Shown one piece after another: positions 48,476 through 58,552 of a DNA stretch of 64,000 bases. Location: positions 32,001 to 96,000 of the forward strand of contig JACVGT010000018.1 in the NCBI GenBank assembly GCA_018992685.1, in the 5' to 3' direction. The notes under the pieces are model-generated. The model did not search any database and was not told the DNA's origin. It worked only from the letters and a program-made list of their open reading frames with translations. Origin of the DNA: Theionarchaea archaeon (GTDB taxonomy: Archaea; Methanobacteriota_B; Thermococci; Methanofastidiosales; SZ-28-30). Each line of letters begins with the position of its first letter. Positions within the stretch are counted from its first letter, which is position 1. A program made the position numbers and the translations under genes.

Positions 48476-48688
48476 ATGCGAATCTCCAGATTCTACGGAC
48501 TGGCCATTTATAACTCCAGGGCAGAATACGTGGGCATTGTCAACGATGTCGTGCTGGATTTTGACAACGGAGAAGTCTTCGGACTAGCAGTAGGACAGGA
48601 AGCTGGAGTTCAAAACACTGCCGTCCCCTTCAAGGATGTCGTAGCAGTGGGTGATATCATCATTGTCAGGGCAAAGGGCCAGGAATAA
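48476..48688 (+). CDS. PRC-barrel domain protein
   Basis: G..IY...AEYVG.VNDVVLD, VPFKDVVAVGDIIIV. Confidence 0.9.
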   Translation: MRISRFYGLAIYNSRAEYVGIVNDVVLDFDNGEVFGLAVGQEAGVQNTAVPFKDVVAVGDIIIVRAKGQE

Positions 48689-50047
48689 CTAGGACTGAGT
48701 ATAAACCTGCATAATCCTACTGATAATCTCATCTTCAAAGTTCTCAGAAAGCCTACTCAATGGAATGGCAGCACCTGCACTCATCGGGTGTCCTCCTGCT
48801 CGTCCCAGCTGATGAAAAGCTTTTCTCAGGAGTTTTCCCATGTGCAGATCTTCATTCCATGACCTGGCTGAAACATAGAGAATGTCCCCAATAATCCCAT
48901 ACACGATGACTACATCGAGACGTTGCATCTTCAGGAGAAAATCAGCCGAATTCGAGACCGCATCCCTGTAGTGGACTTTTCCAACGAAACTGAAGACCAC
49001 CCCATCTTTCACTTCCATGTTCTTGACGGCCTCCCCCATGACATTCAAGAAATCGGATGTTTCGTGACTTGGAGTTGCCCTTCTGGCCAACCCAGCCCGT
49101 TCTATCTGTGAGAGGAACTCAGTGTCAATTTTATCCTGTAGAAAATTTAGTGCTCTAATATCCTGCTCTGATATTCCTCTCCTGAACCCATTTGTGTCCA
49201 CCAGTAACCCGTAGAACAATGCAGTTCCCAGCCTTGGAGTAATCTCTATGTTGAACAATTCCAGATACTCAGTAAGAATCGTGGATGTTGCACCGACGTC
49301 CTCCCTCACATCCACGAATTTTCCCTGATAGTCAGGGAAGAGGTGGTGATCGATAACAATGTCAGGGTTAATATCCCTCGCAATGCTCGTATAATCCCAG
49401 GGACTGTGATCCACAAAAGCTGTGAGATCATATCGAGAAAAATCGGGCTGAGAATCAGGAGAAGGGGGCACCAGAATCAACTCCAGAAGGTCTACCAGGG
49501 CTTTGTTCTCCAGAAACCCAATCTGTCCTCCGTAGTACAGATCAGAGGTCACGCCCATGTTCTGAGCAACTAACTTCAGAGATAGTGCAGAGGATATGCA
49601 GTCAGGATCTGGATTATCGTGCATAATAATGGCCATTGTGGTGCCCGACTGGAGAGCCTTTTGCAGGAGGTCTTTTCTCTTCTTTTTCTCCACATACTCA
49701 ATCTGACTATAACATTCGCAGGCCATCATTTCCTCTGTGGGTATGATATGATCAGCCCCCAGGTCAACACTGCCACGCTCACTGTGGACAATGATAATGT
49801 AGGCATTGGGGGCATGGTTCCTCACTTCCTCGGAAGACACTGATCTGTCCAGAATCACAACGACAGCGGCCTCCTGTAGCCCGATAGTCTGCCATAGGAC
49901 GTGATCACCAGGATCACCTTTCACCGCACTATATCCTTCTTTTTCGAGTATGTCGCCTTCTGGATCTACAATTTTGAATCGTGATTCTTTCTTCAAGAGA
50001 AGACGTCCAATCCAGCCGCATCCCAGCATCACATAGACGGGAACCAC
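48689..50047 (-). CDS. DHH family phosphoesterase with TrkA-N-like domain
   Basis: LGCGWIG, HDNPDPDCISS, FVDH, IDHH, GATSTI, AGGH. Start approximate. Confidence 0.9.
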   Translation of the reverse strand: MVPVYVMLGCGWIGRLLLKKESRFKIVDPEGDILEKEGYSAVKGDPGDHVLWQTIGLQEAAVVVILDRSVSSEEVRNHAPNAYIIIVHSERGSVDLGADHIIPTEEMMACECYSQIEYVEKKKRKDLLQKALQSGTTMAIIMHDNPDPDCISSALSLKLVAQNMGVTSDLYYGGQIGFLENKALVDLLELILVPPSPDSQPDFSRYDLTAFVDHSPWDYTSIARDINPDIVIDHHLFPDYQGKFVDVREDVGATSTILTEYLELFNIEITPRLGTALFYGLLVDTNGFRRGISEQDIRALNFLQDKIDTEFLSQIERAGLARRATPSHETSDFLNVMGEAVKNMEVKDGVVFSFVGKVHYRDAVSNSADFLLKMQRLDVVIVYGIIGDILYVSARSWNEDLHMGKLLRKAFHQLGRAGGHPMSAGAAIPLSRLSENFEDEIISRIMQVYTQS

Positions 50048-50099
50048 CAATGTCTTTAAATAGAAGCATTTATAACTCTTTCTAGAAGAGGTAGTTTCT

Positions 50100-50978
50100 G
50101 TGAACCAAACCGAATTTCCGCACATGGAGAACACTATCCGTCAGTTGCGCGAGAGGCTGGAAACGCTTAACGCAGAGATACGGGAACTCGTGAAAGAACG
50201 TGATGAACGAAATACCAAGGTTTCAGAGTTTTCTAAGGAAGCAAAGGAGAACAAAGCACTGAGAGATGAAATCAACGAGAGAGTCAAAGAGGATGTTGAA
50301 CTGAGAAAAGAAGCCCTTGAGAAGATTAGAAGTCTGAATAAGGACATTGAAGCTCTCAAAACAGAAAGAGAAGACCTGTACGCTGCCATGGAGAAGAGCA
50401 AGATGAAACCTCGAAACCCCACCGCACTGCGAGAGGAAATTGAGAAAATGGAATGGAAACTGGTGACCAGTGTGCTCAGCCTAAAGAAAGAGAATCAACT
50501 GGTGGATCTCATTGAACAGAACACGAAGGTTCTTGAGTTGTCAGAGAAGGTTGACAAGATCAGGAAACATATGAAAGCCATTTACGAAGAGAAGTCAGAA
50601 TTGAAAGAGAAACTGACAGAACTTAACGAGAGAATAAAAGAAGTTAGGGGGGAATCCGAAAAGTACCATCAACGCATGCTATATGCCTACCAAAGAGCTA
50701 ACGAGATCAAGAAAGAGGCAGATTCCTATCACAATCAGTTCGTGGAGAGAAAGGAGGAACGAGACAAAGTATTTAAGGACTACAGGGAATTGATTGATAG
50801 GAAGGAAAAGATGATGAGCACACTCCGGGAAGAGAAGATCAGAAAGAAGGTGGAGGCGATCAGAGAACGTGACGAATTGCTGCGCAGTAGGGCTAAAAAA
50901 ATCTTAGAGGAGTTCAGAAAAGGGAAAAAGCTGAATACTGAAGAGTTCCGAATTCTTCAGGAGGGTGGCTTGTTGTGA
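50100..50978 (+). CDS. Archaeal coiled-coil protein (COG1340-like)
   Basis: Long heptads; C-terminal EEFRKGKKLNTEE.RILQ; overlaps the DUF373 gene. Confidence 0.8.
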   Translation: MNQTEFPHMENTIRQLRERLETLNAEIRELVKERDERNTKVSEFSKEAKENKALRDEINERVKEDVELRKEALEKIRSLNKDIEALKTEREDLYAAMEKSKMKPRNPTALREEIEKMEWKLVTSVLSLKKENQLVDLIEQNTKVLELSEKVDKIRKHMKAIYEEKSELKEKLTELNERIKEVRGESEKYHQRMLYAYQRANEIKKEADSYHNQFVERKEERDKVFKDYRELIDRKEKMMSTLREEKIRKKVEAIRERDELLRSRAKKILEEFRKGKKLNTEEFRILQEGGLL

Positions 50979-52069
50979 AGGAAAAGAAGGATATTCTGGT
51001 TATAAGTGTGGACCGCGACGATGATCTGGGCAGAAAAGCAGCATTGAAAGGCCCTATCGTTGGGAGAGAAAAGGTCCTGGATGCTGCCATGAAGCTGGGT
51101 CTGGCAGATCCCACTGACTCTGATACTAATGTTCTGTTCAGGGCAGTCAAAGTCAGAGATGAGTGGGCAGAATCTGCCGGGAAGATTGAAGTTGCAGCCG
51201 TTACGGGAGATGGAAAAGTAGGAGTCACATCTGACGTTAAGATTGGAGATCAGCTGGATGCAGTACTCAAATCGTTTAAGGCAGATGGAGTCATCCTGGT
51301 CACTGATGGAAAAGAAGATGAGTTTATTGAGCCAGTTGTCCGGTCGAAGACGCAGATTTTGTCTGTGGACAGGATCATTGTGCAGCAGTCTGAAGAACTG
51401 GAAACCCAGTACTTCATTTTGCAGGAATATCTGCACAACCTCATGGAAGATAGGAAGGTTTCTGGTCTGGTGTTTGGGCTTCCCGGATTGTGGGTTATGG
51501 CCTTCTGTCTGGCTAGATATTTCGAACGGTCTGAGATCTTATATGCTATTGGTGCGTTCACAGGGTTCTATTTTTTCTCCCGAGGATTTGGCATTGATAA
51601 GATACTATCAGAGGAACTGGCACCAGGCAAATTCAGTATCTTCACGTACCTGGCAGCCATTCTTCTGGCCTTTGTGGGAGTGTCCAATGTGTGGCAGCAT
51701 GCTCCAAGTACCTGGCAGGAAGTCCAACTCTTCAGGGTGCTGCAGTTATACATCTACGCCAATCCCTGGATTCCCCTGGCTGTTTTTGTAGCCCTGGCAG
51801 GTAAAACCATTGATGCCTATGCGCACAGCGCAACTACTGAGTCTGAAGAATCCCCTCCTAGACCTGTCATGTGGTACTATTTGCGTGTGTGGGGATTTGC
51901 CACCTCTCTGTTCTTCCTGCTGTACCAGGTGGCCAACTATGTCGTGGGAGTGATTTCCTTTGATGAGCTGTCAATGACCGCTATCATAGCCATGTTCTTT
52001 GCTCTGACAGTCTGGGTCATATCATACCGTCAAGAGGGAAAGGCAGAGGTCGGGACAGCAGTGACCTAG
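50975..52069 (+). CDS. DUF373 family protein
   Basis: VDRDDDLGRK, LGLADPTDSDTN, VTDGKEDE, VQQS..LE..Y, GLPG. Confidence 0.92.
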   Translation: MKEKKDILVISVDRDDDLGRKAALKGPIVGREKVLDAAMKLGLADPTDSDTNVLFRAVKVRDEWAESAGKIEVAAVTGDGKVGVTSDVKIGDQLDAVLKSFKADGVILVTDGKEDEFIEPVVRSKTQILSVDRIIVQQSEELETQYFILQEYLHNLMEDRKVSGLVFGLPGLWVMAFCLARYFERSEILYAIGAFTGFYFFSRGFGIDKILSEELAPGKFSIFTYLAAILLAFVGVSNVWQHAPSTWQEVQLFRVLQLYIYANPWIPLAVFVALAGKTIDAYAHSATTESEESPPRPVMWYYLRVWGFATSLFFLLYQVANYVVGVISFDELSMTAIIAMFFALTVWVISYRQEGKAEVGTAVT

Positions 52070-52548
52070 AGGTCAATAGGTTCTTTTTCTACTATTTCTG
52101 AAGCTGAAAGCACAGCAATACCCACTTTCTTATCTATAATCTCAACGAGCACCACTTTGTCTGGGTTTTCCAGGTCCACGGGATTTCCCATTGTCTTTAC
52201 GATCTGAGCACCCACTTTCCGTTCTATTTCCATGCTAGGTATGGGAAATCCACGTCTCTTACAGCGTACTGCAAACGTTTCTCCTTGACCTAGCTTCTTC
52301 TCTGCAAGGCAAAGCGTTCTCTCAAGAATTACAGCAAGATCTGCACGCATGAAGTCATCAAGAGGAATTACTCTGCATATGGCCGTTGTCTCATAGGATC
52401 GAACCTGCTGAAGAGCTTCCTCATCTGCCTCTATCAGAAAGAGTCCCCTGTACCTCGTTCTGATGATTCTGCAGTTCTCCACTGCCCATTGGATTTCCCA
52501 CATGCCGTCATACTGGCGGTTCACAGGAGTGGTCACCATGAAGTACAT
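52066..52548 (-). CDS. THUMP domain protein
   Basis: TFAVRCKRRG, EIERKVGAQI, VDLENPD. Start ATG 52548. Confidence 0.88.
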   Translation of the reverse strand: MYFMVTTPVNRQYDGMWEIQWAVENCRIIRTRYRGLFLIEADEEALQQVRSYETTAICRVIPLDDFMRADLAVILERTLCLAEKKLGQGETFAVRCKRRGFPIPSMEIERKVGAQIVKTMGNPVDLENPDKVVLVEIIDKKVGIAVLSASEIVEKEPIDL

Positions 52549-52599
52549 ACCCAAGGAAGGGGCTCCTCCATTAAAAGAGTTGTGTTTTGGCACAGACCA

Positions 52600-55500
52600 T
52601 CAAATGAAATCACTGAGATGCAGCTGCTTCTGGGTTTCATGGAACATCAACTCAATCTCGTGTTCCACGAGATCAATTCGCTGTTTCACATAGCTTGATA
52701 TGTCATACTTTTCCACCAGATCTTGGGAGATCTGTAAGTATTTTTCAATCGAACCTCTTGATATGGTGAGAATGACATTTCCTCTGCACCGAGGGCACAC
52801 ACCTGTGAGAGGTACTCTCCTGAACTTCTTGTTGCAGGTTGTGCATCTGAACCCCTGCTTTGAAAAAGAGCGCAGATTTCCTATCATATCAGGTATAAAA
52901 TGAGATTTTATTAATCTTTCTGCGGTATCATCAATGTCTACTGCCCGTACCCTCCGTGCAATCTCTAGCTGGGCTGAAATCTTATCTTTCATGGCTCCCA
53001 GCGTCTTGTAGGAACTTTCTGGCGGTCCTTGCGATATATCAGAGGTGGGATGGGTCACCTTGAACCCCTGATACTGGGCAGGAGTGCCCAGTCTGTCTTT
53101 GACCGTTTCCACGTGCACAGCTGAAGGAGACACAATCTCCGAGCTGTACAGCTCCATTGGATACTGTGACACGATGTCAAGATCGTGGGCTTCTTTATCC
53201 ACCTCGCGAGGATCAATCTTGGTAGTCAAGACAAGGGGTGCATCCATTTTGCCCCCTCTCTTCTCCGGGAGGTAGTACACAGAGAAATTCAGAAGAGCAT
53301 CCAGGGCCACGATGATGGCATCTTCATCCCCATCGCAGTTCCGCCTCTTGGCAGCATGAAAATACGGATGGGCGTACCCCACCTTTGCATCGACAAATCC
53401 GATGATCCTTCCAAGCACACCTGCAGAGGTGTGGGGAGCGAGCCCAATGACGAGGTGGCCGAGAAGATCCTTTCCGGAGTGGACATTATAGAAAGGAGGA
53501 AGCTTGTAATGCCTCTCCAACAGCTGGTCTAAGAACTGAGTCACCCTGATCAGGTAGGGAATGGCATTCCTTGAGATGATTATGTCCTGGACATTGAGTT
53601 CCACCACCTGAGTCTCATGTTCCAGAGGGTTTCCCAGATAGTCGGTGGTATACCCCAGCTTTCTCAATTCCTCCAGTGATACTCCTATTTCCTGCGGAGT
53701 GAAATGTGTTAGTGGGAGATCAGTTGCATCAAATCGAATAGTGCCATCTTTAAACACATATACCTTGTTTCGAGCTCTGAGAACACCTTTCATCACGGGT
53801 TCAGGGAATTTATATGCTGACGTCATTCCGATTACTCCTTTTACCTGTTCGGGCACCTTCTCATTAATCTGACCTAATTCATCAGCTATATTGACTTTCT
53901 TTCTGGAATACAGTTGGAGTGGTAAATTACACGCAGGACACAGGTCATATTCAGTCTTGATTTTGTCTACTGAACAAGATCTATTGATGCAGGTCTTGAA
54001 AAGCTCCGTTACTGATCCACATTTCGGACAGGTCCGTTTGTAGGTGATCTCTCCGCAGCGAGGGCACTCCAGGTTGACCACGTCCACTTCAATGACATGA
54101 TGACCTGCCTTCACCATGTTCCTGGTTTTTCCTCCATGAGTTCCCACGGGGAAGAGCGCGTGGACAGGGGGAGACATGACCCTGTATTTGCTCTTCTCTG
54201 GTCTGCCCATTCTCACACCCACAGTGTAAACGCATTTTGCTCTGACGGGGAATCCTGCCATCTTGCTGACAGCCTCCAGGACGGGGAGGTCTGGGCTGAA
54301 CGTCTCTTCATTCAGACAGGCAAAAAAAGCAGGAGATTCAATAGTGAGTTGATCCTCCCTGACCCTGTGGGGGACTCCAAGGACTTCAAGAATGTCCTTT
54401 ATCTGGGGGGAATAGGTTCTCTTGTCCCAGGTGACCAGCGCCAGTAGCTCCTCCTTCTCCAGGTAGTTCCAGGAGTAGGTGTACTTGGGATGGAGAGGGC
54501 ATTTGTGCTCTCTGCTGATGGCCAACGCTTCCTCTTCACTCACAGAATGCGGGTCTACCTCGACGGGAACCTCCTGTATCCACCACTCTTCTACGTATCC
54601 CGAAGGGAGAACGACATGACTGTTCTGCAGAAAATCTCCATATGATATCAAAGCATCTCCCATGTACAGAATCTCATCAATCTCCTCTTTGGACGCTTCT
54701 GCCTGTTCATACGTCTCAAGCCTGACCACATCTCCATTCTTTAATAAGACGGTAGGGCCTTCAATTGAATCCACCGGTGCTGCAGCAGTGGCTTTTCCAG
54801 GCCGCTCCGTCTTCAACTGAGTCCCTGTGGCAATGAACCCGCTGCACACTGACATGGTGGCAGGATGTATTCCCCAGGCCCCCAGTCCCGTGTTTCTGGA
54901 GCGTCCCAGCCGAATGCGGAACCCGCCTCTTCGCATGGGATATGAGAAGACAGGTCGTCCTGCAATAACATCTTTCAAGTACTTCTCATTGGCAGAAATC
55001 ACCGTGGCATCCTGTACTGACACTGTATGGAGATCTTTCAACCATTCCCAGTCAGGAATATTAAACTTAACTGCATATTTATAGACTTTCTTGCTTTTCT
55101 GGATAACACTCTCTGCCAGAGCCAGGATAGCACCTCCGCGAACCCTGTCGGTCTCGATTCGCTCCATATTCCGGTGCCCAGACACCTCTTCTTTCTCTGT
55201 GGGTTCTCCCGTTATTTCAACAGGGACATGTGTCAGGGCTTCCCGGGTTTCATCAGGAGTTGGAAAATACTGGAGACGAGTAATCCTGTTATATAACTCC
55301 ATTTCCTCGATATACCGTTCAATTTCATCCTGAGAAGCCTTGAACGCATCAAGGTGGAGTTTTCGCCTGATATAATCTCCCAGTAGTACCACAAGGGCAG
55401 CAGCAGTCCCTCCTGCGCTCCTGATGGGACCTGCAAAGTAGACTGCCAAGTACTTGGTGCCATCAAAATTGGATTTGATCTTGACCTTGGCAATCCCCTC

Positions 55501-55836
55501 CAAGGGAGCTGCCACAATTCCCTCTGTGAGAATCGCCAGTGAGGTTCTGATGCACTGCTCTGCAGTCTTCTCTCCCTGGAAATCTGATTCGATGATCTGG
55601 TCAATGACCTTCAGTGCGATATCTTCCCGGGAGAATCCTTCTCTATCAAGAGTTCGGACAGTATCAGCAATCCCCCGGGGACCTACCAGACTCTCCACTC
55701 TATCTGCCATGTCTTTAGCCCGGGGAATTTCCACATGCGGCGAAGGGTCTTTCCACTGTCTCCGGGCATTTCCAGCCACCACATATAGCTCTTCCAGCTG
55801 CTCTTCCAACAGTGAAAAGTATTGTTCAGGCTCCAA
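52600..55836 (-). CDS. polC: DNA polymerase D large subunit DP2
   Basis: YFAGPIRSAGGT, GVRMGRPEK, HAAKRRNCDGDED, C-terminal Zn finger and PIP-like QLHLSDF. No intein. Confidence 0.98.
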   Translation of the reverse strand: MEPEQYFSLLEEQLEELYVVAGNARRQWKDPSPHVEIPRAKDMADRVESLVGPRGIADTVRTLDREGFSREDIALKVIDQIIESDFQGEKTAEQCIRTSLAILTEGIVAAPLEGIAKVKIKSNFDGTKYLAVYFAGPIRSAGGTAAALVVLLGDYIRRKLHLDAFKASQDEIERYIEEMELYNRITRLQYFPTPDETREALTHVPVEITGEPTEKEEVSGHRNMERIETDRVRGGAILALAESVIQKSKKVYKYAVKFNIPDWEWLKDLHTVSVQDATVISANEKYLKDVIAGRPVFSYPMRRGGFRIRLGRSRNTGLGAWGIHPATMSVCSGFIATGTQLKTERPGKATAAAPVDSIEGPTVLLKNGDVVRLETYEQAEASKEEIDEILYMGDALISYGDFLQNSHVVLPSGYVEEWWIQEVPVEVDPHSVSEEEALAISREHKCPLHPKYTYSWNYLEKEELLALVTWDKRTYSPQIKDILEVLGVPHRVREDQLTIESPAFFACLNEETFSPDLPVLEAVSKMAGFPVRAKCVYTVGVRMGRPEKSKYRVMSPPVHALFPVGTHGGKTRNMVKAGHHVIEVDVVNLECPRCGEITYKRTCPKCGSVTELFKTCINRSCSVDKIKTEYDLCPACNLPLQLYSRKKVNIADELGQINEKVPEQVKGVIGMTSAYKFPEPVMKGVLRARNKVYVFKDGTIRFDATDLPLTHFTPQEIGVSLEELRKLGYTTDYLGNPLEHETQVVELNVQDIIISRNAIPYLIRVTQFLDQLLERHYKLPPFYNVHSGKDLLGHLVIGLAPHTSAGVLGRIIGFVDAKVGYAHPYFHAAKRRNCDGDEDAIIVALDALLNFSVYYLPEKRGGKMDAPLVLTTKIDPREVDKEAHDLDIVSQYPMELYSSEIVSPSAVHVETVKDRLGTPAQYQGFKVTHPTSDISQGPPESSYKTLGAMKDKISAQLEIARRVRAVDIDDTAERLIKSHFIPDMIGNLRSFSKQGFRCTTCNKKFRRVPLTGVCPRCRGNVILTISRGSIEKYLQISQDLVEKYDISSYVKQRIDLVEHEIELMFHETQKQLHLSDFI

Positions 55837-57337
55837 AGTCCATCACCAGCATATTGTAGGTTTTCAGATTCAGGAGGGGAACCTTGCACGGCGTGGGTTT
55901 AATATTCCGGGTCTTCTGGTATTCCGATTGTTCCATCCAGCAACCCGCGTTCAACACTGTGGTCCCTCTATAGTTCTGGTACGAATTGACATGAATATGT
56001 CCAGTCACAAACACGTCCGGCACGTCCTCTATCACCAGCAAGTCCTCTTCAGAGGGAGCCATGGGCACATTTCCGTACATGGGACAGAGATGTCTTTTCT
56101 TCAGCATTTCAACCATGGGAACAGACGCATCATCATGCTCCTTCTGGAGAGCCAGAAAGTCGAAGAGACTCCCTCCGTGGTACAGCAGAACCTTCACTGA
56201 GTGTAGATCCAGGAAGCAGGGGTTGCCCACCATTCTCACATTCTCCATACTGTACAGATCGGGGGCATATTCTTCCAGAATGGGGAGCTGGGGCTCTGCA
56301 ATGCGTGTCGCATCGTGATTTCCAGGTGCCAATATCAAGGTGATATGAGAAGGAATTAATTTCAAGAGAGTTGCCAGGTTCCGGTACTGCTCCATGATGT
56401 CTGGGATGACCAGATCGTTCTCCTGGCCAGGATAGATGCCCACGCCATCCACCAGGTCTCCCACCACCAGGAGGTATTGAATCTTGCGGGCAATTTCTGC
56501 CCGGTGATCATATTTCAGGTTCAACCAGCGAATGAACCTGAGGAATGCCTTCTCCATGAAACTGCTGCTTCCTACATGAAGATCAGAAGTGACAGCCACC
56601 CAGATATCCTCTTCACTGTGGTTGGGTTCCCGTCCTGGAATGTCCGGAAATTCCAGATGATTAACAAAAATAATATCTTGCCCCAGGATTCCCGAGACAC
56701 CCACCACTTCATCGGTGAGAATGGTCCGGGCTTGCTCAGCCAGCGTTTCATTCCTACTGTGGAGCAGTGCTTTTATGGAGTCAGTCTCATCCTCAAGAGT
56801 CAGAATCGTGTGTCCATTGCGGGTAGTTCCACAGTCTGTTACTATGCCAACTGTTTTCACCATATCTTTGATCTTCATTTTCTTCACCACGGACAGTGGC
56901 TGGAAATCACGCATGGTGGGCTTAGCTCGAAACATTCGAGACAATTTGCGGTACCGGCTTCGGAACATGTCCACGAAGTTCTTGCAGGTCCCTTCAGACA
57001 GAACTTTTCGGGTAACATCCTTGATGATCCTGAAGTCATGATCGGCAGTGAGCGGGGTGGCGGGGACAAATTCGTCAAGAGGCAAATTCTCCCCCGTATA
57101 TTCAAAGGTTGCTTCTGCTTCAACCTGTGGGTAAAAGAATGAATCAATATGATCTCTTCCTACGAATGTGACGTTTCTCTTCTTGAGATATTCAATGAAT
57201 TCATCCAATTTGGTGGATTCCTGCGTGGCCAGCACTTCGACAGAATCTGTGGTTAGAAAGAGGTTGTTCCTGTTGAATTTCTCATTTATTATCCCTATGG
57301 AAGACGAAGTTTCAATCATTGTATCATCTGTATCCAA
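55826..57337 (-). CDS. polB: DNA polymerase D small subunit DP1
   Basis: OB fold LEDETD; SDLHVGS, GDLVDGVGIYPGQ, PGNHD, YHG, GHIH. Confidence 0.97.
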   Translation of the reverse strand: MDTDDTMIETSSSIGIINEKFNRNNLFLTTDSVEVLATQESTKLDEFIEYLKKRNVTFVGRDHIDSFFYPQVEAEATFEYTGENLPLDEFVPATPLTADHDFRIIKDVTRKVLSEGTCKNFVDMFRSRYRKLSRMFRAKPTMRDFQPLSVVKKMKIKDMVKTVGIVTDCGTTRNGHTILTLEDETDSIKALLHSRNETLAEQARTILTDEVVGVSGILGQDIIFVNHLEFPDIPGREPNHSEEDIWVAVTSDLHVGSSSFMEKAFLRFIRWLNLKYDHRAEIARKIQYLLVVGDLVDGVGIYPGQENDLVIPDIMEQYRNLATLLKLIPSHITLILAPGNHDATRIAEPQLPILEEYAPDLYSMENVRMVGNPCFLDLHSVKVLLYHGGSLFDFLALQKEHDDASVPMVEMLKKRHLCPMYGNVPMAPSEEDLLVIEDVPDVFVTGHIHVNSYQNYRGTTVLNAGCWMEQSEYQKTRNIKPTPCKVPLLNLKTYNMLVMDFGA

Positions 57338-57537
57338 ACATACTTTTTCCTATTTTCATGAATTCGCAGTATATACGGAGGTTAGAATACTTTTAAAGGT
57401 TAATATAATCATACGGCTTAAATGCCTCATTTACTTCATAAAATGGATTCTCCTTTTTCACATGTGAGACGCACGATGCTTCCCAGTCATGTTACTGATA
57501 GTGAAAAATGAAAGAAAGAGGTGAAAAAAGACAGAGA

Positions 57538-57711
57538 TTAGAGCCCTTTCACCAGAATACCAAGGATGAGCAGGACATTTGAAATCACTAAGCAAAGCTG
57601 GGCAAAATCAGTACGTATTGCGATTACGTTTGTGTAGAGACCCAGAAGACCGATGAGAAAAAAGATGAGGGCTATAACAAAAGTCACTGTCTTTGGTGCT
57701 TGAGGTTTCAT
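57538..57711 (-). CDS. Small two-TM membrane protein
   Basis: MKPQAPKTVTFVIALIFFLIGLLG...LLILGILVKGL. Confidence 0.65.
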   Translation of the reverse strand: MKPQAPKTVTFVIALIFFLIGLLGLYTNVIAIRTDFAQLCLVISNVLLILGILVKGL

Positions 57712-57870
57712 ATGCACACTATGCATTCGACAATTAAAAGCTTTCTGATCCAAATGACTGAAAACTGAAAACAGCTTGAGAAACGGTCTCAGTAAGACAT
57801 GTTTATTTTTGGAAACACTCTTTAAGAGAATGTATCCGCACCTTTATAAGTGGAGTATTTACTAACAATC

Positions 57871-58047
57871 ATGGAAATGGAGTATTGCCAGATTTGTGGA
57901 CGAAATACACCAGCCTTAAGAGAGTGCATTCTGTGCGGGAAGAACGTATGTCCCCGCTGTTTCCGAATTTCCATGGGCGTCTGCAGAGTCTGTGTGCCCG
58001 GGCAGAAAGGAGCCTATTATGATATTCTCAGAGAGCATGTAGAATAG
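57871..58047 (+). CDS. Small Zn-finger protein (four CxxC pairs)
   Basis: CQIC, CILC, CPRC, CRVC; TTTATAA about 25 nt upstream. Confidence 0.8.
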   Translation: MEMEYCQICGRNTPALRECILCGKNVCPRCFRISMGVCRVCVPGQKGAYYDILREHVE

Positions 58048-58181
58048 TATCGAAGATTTGGGCAGTGAAGATGCTTTCCTTTGTGACTGCAACGTTTTGG
58101 GTGCTCTCAAGATCCGATCTCGCAATTGATTGAAGAAATCACTATTTTGGCCCTATAGTACTTCCCTTATTTCATTTCATA

Positions 58182-58454
58182 ATGGTTTTTCAGCATCATG
58201 TCGACACCCTGTTCCTGAAAACGACTCTGAAGTGTTCCGGGAGCAAACCTTTCATTGGTGTAGGAAGTCCAGAGAGCAGTGATAGTCTGATCAAGTGCGT
58301 GACAGTGTGTGGAATTCTGATGTTGACAGTAGTGACCTCACGGGATGAGCTTCCTTTCACGGAGACAGTCTCTCTGAGTGAGCTACCTGATCGCCATTCC
58401 TCTGAAGTGGCTACAGCCATCCTGGAGAATACGAAGGAGTTAGGACTCCCCTAA
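58182..58454 (+). CDS. Hypothetical protein
   Basis: 90-codon ORF filling an intergenic gap; no motif recognised. Confidence 0.35.
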   Translation: MVFQHHVDTLFLKTTLKCSGSKPFIGVGSPESSDSLIKCVTVCGILMLTVVTSRDELPFTETVSLSELPDRHSSEVATAILENTKELGLP

Positions 58455-58552
58455 AGGGTTGGTGAGGAGGACTGGGTTGAGTCGGAAAGTGACAGCATAA
58501 GTTCTAAAAAGAAGATGAAACTCTTAAATAGACCTACGTGTCATATGTACCC

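Noticed and set aside
57871-58047. 8-Cys small protein as the rSAM precursor
   Set aside because: Four regular CxxC pairs fit a Zn finger, and it lies more than 15 kb from the cluster.
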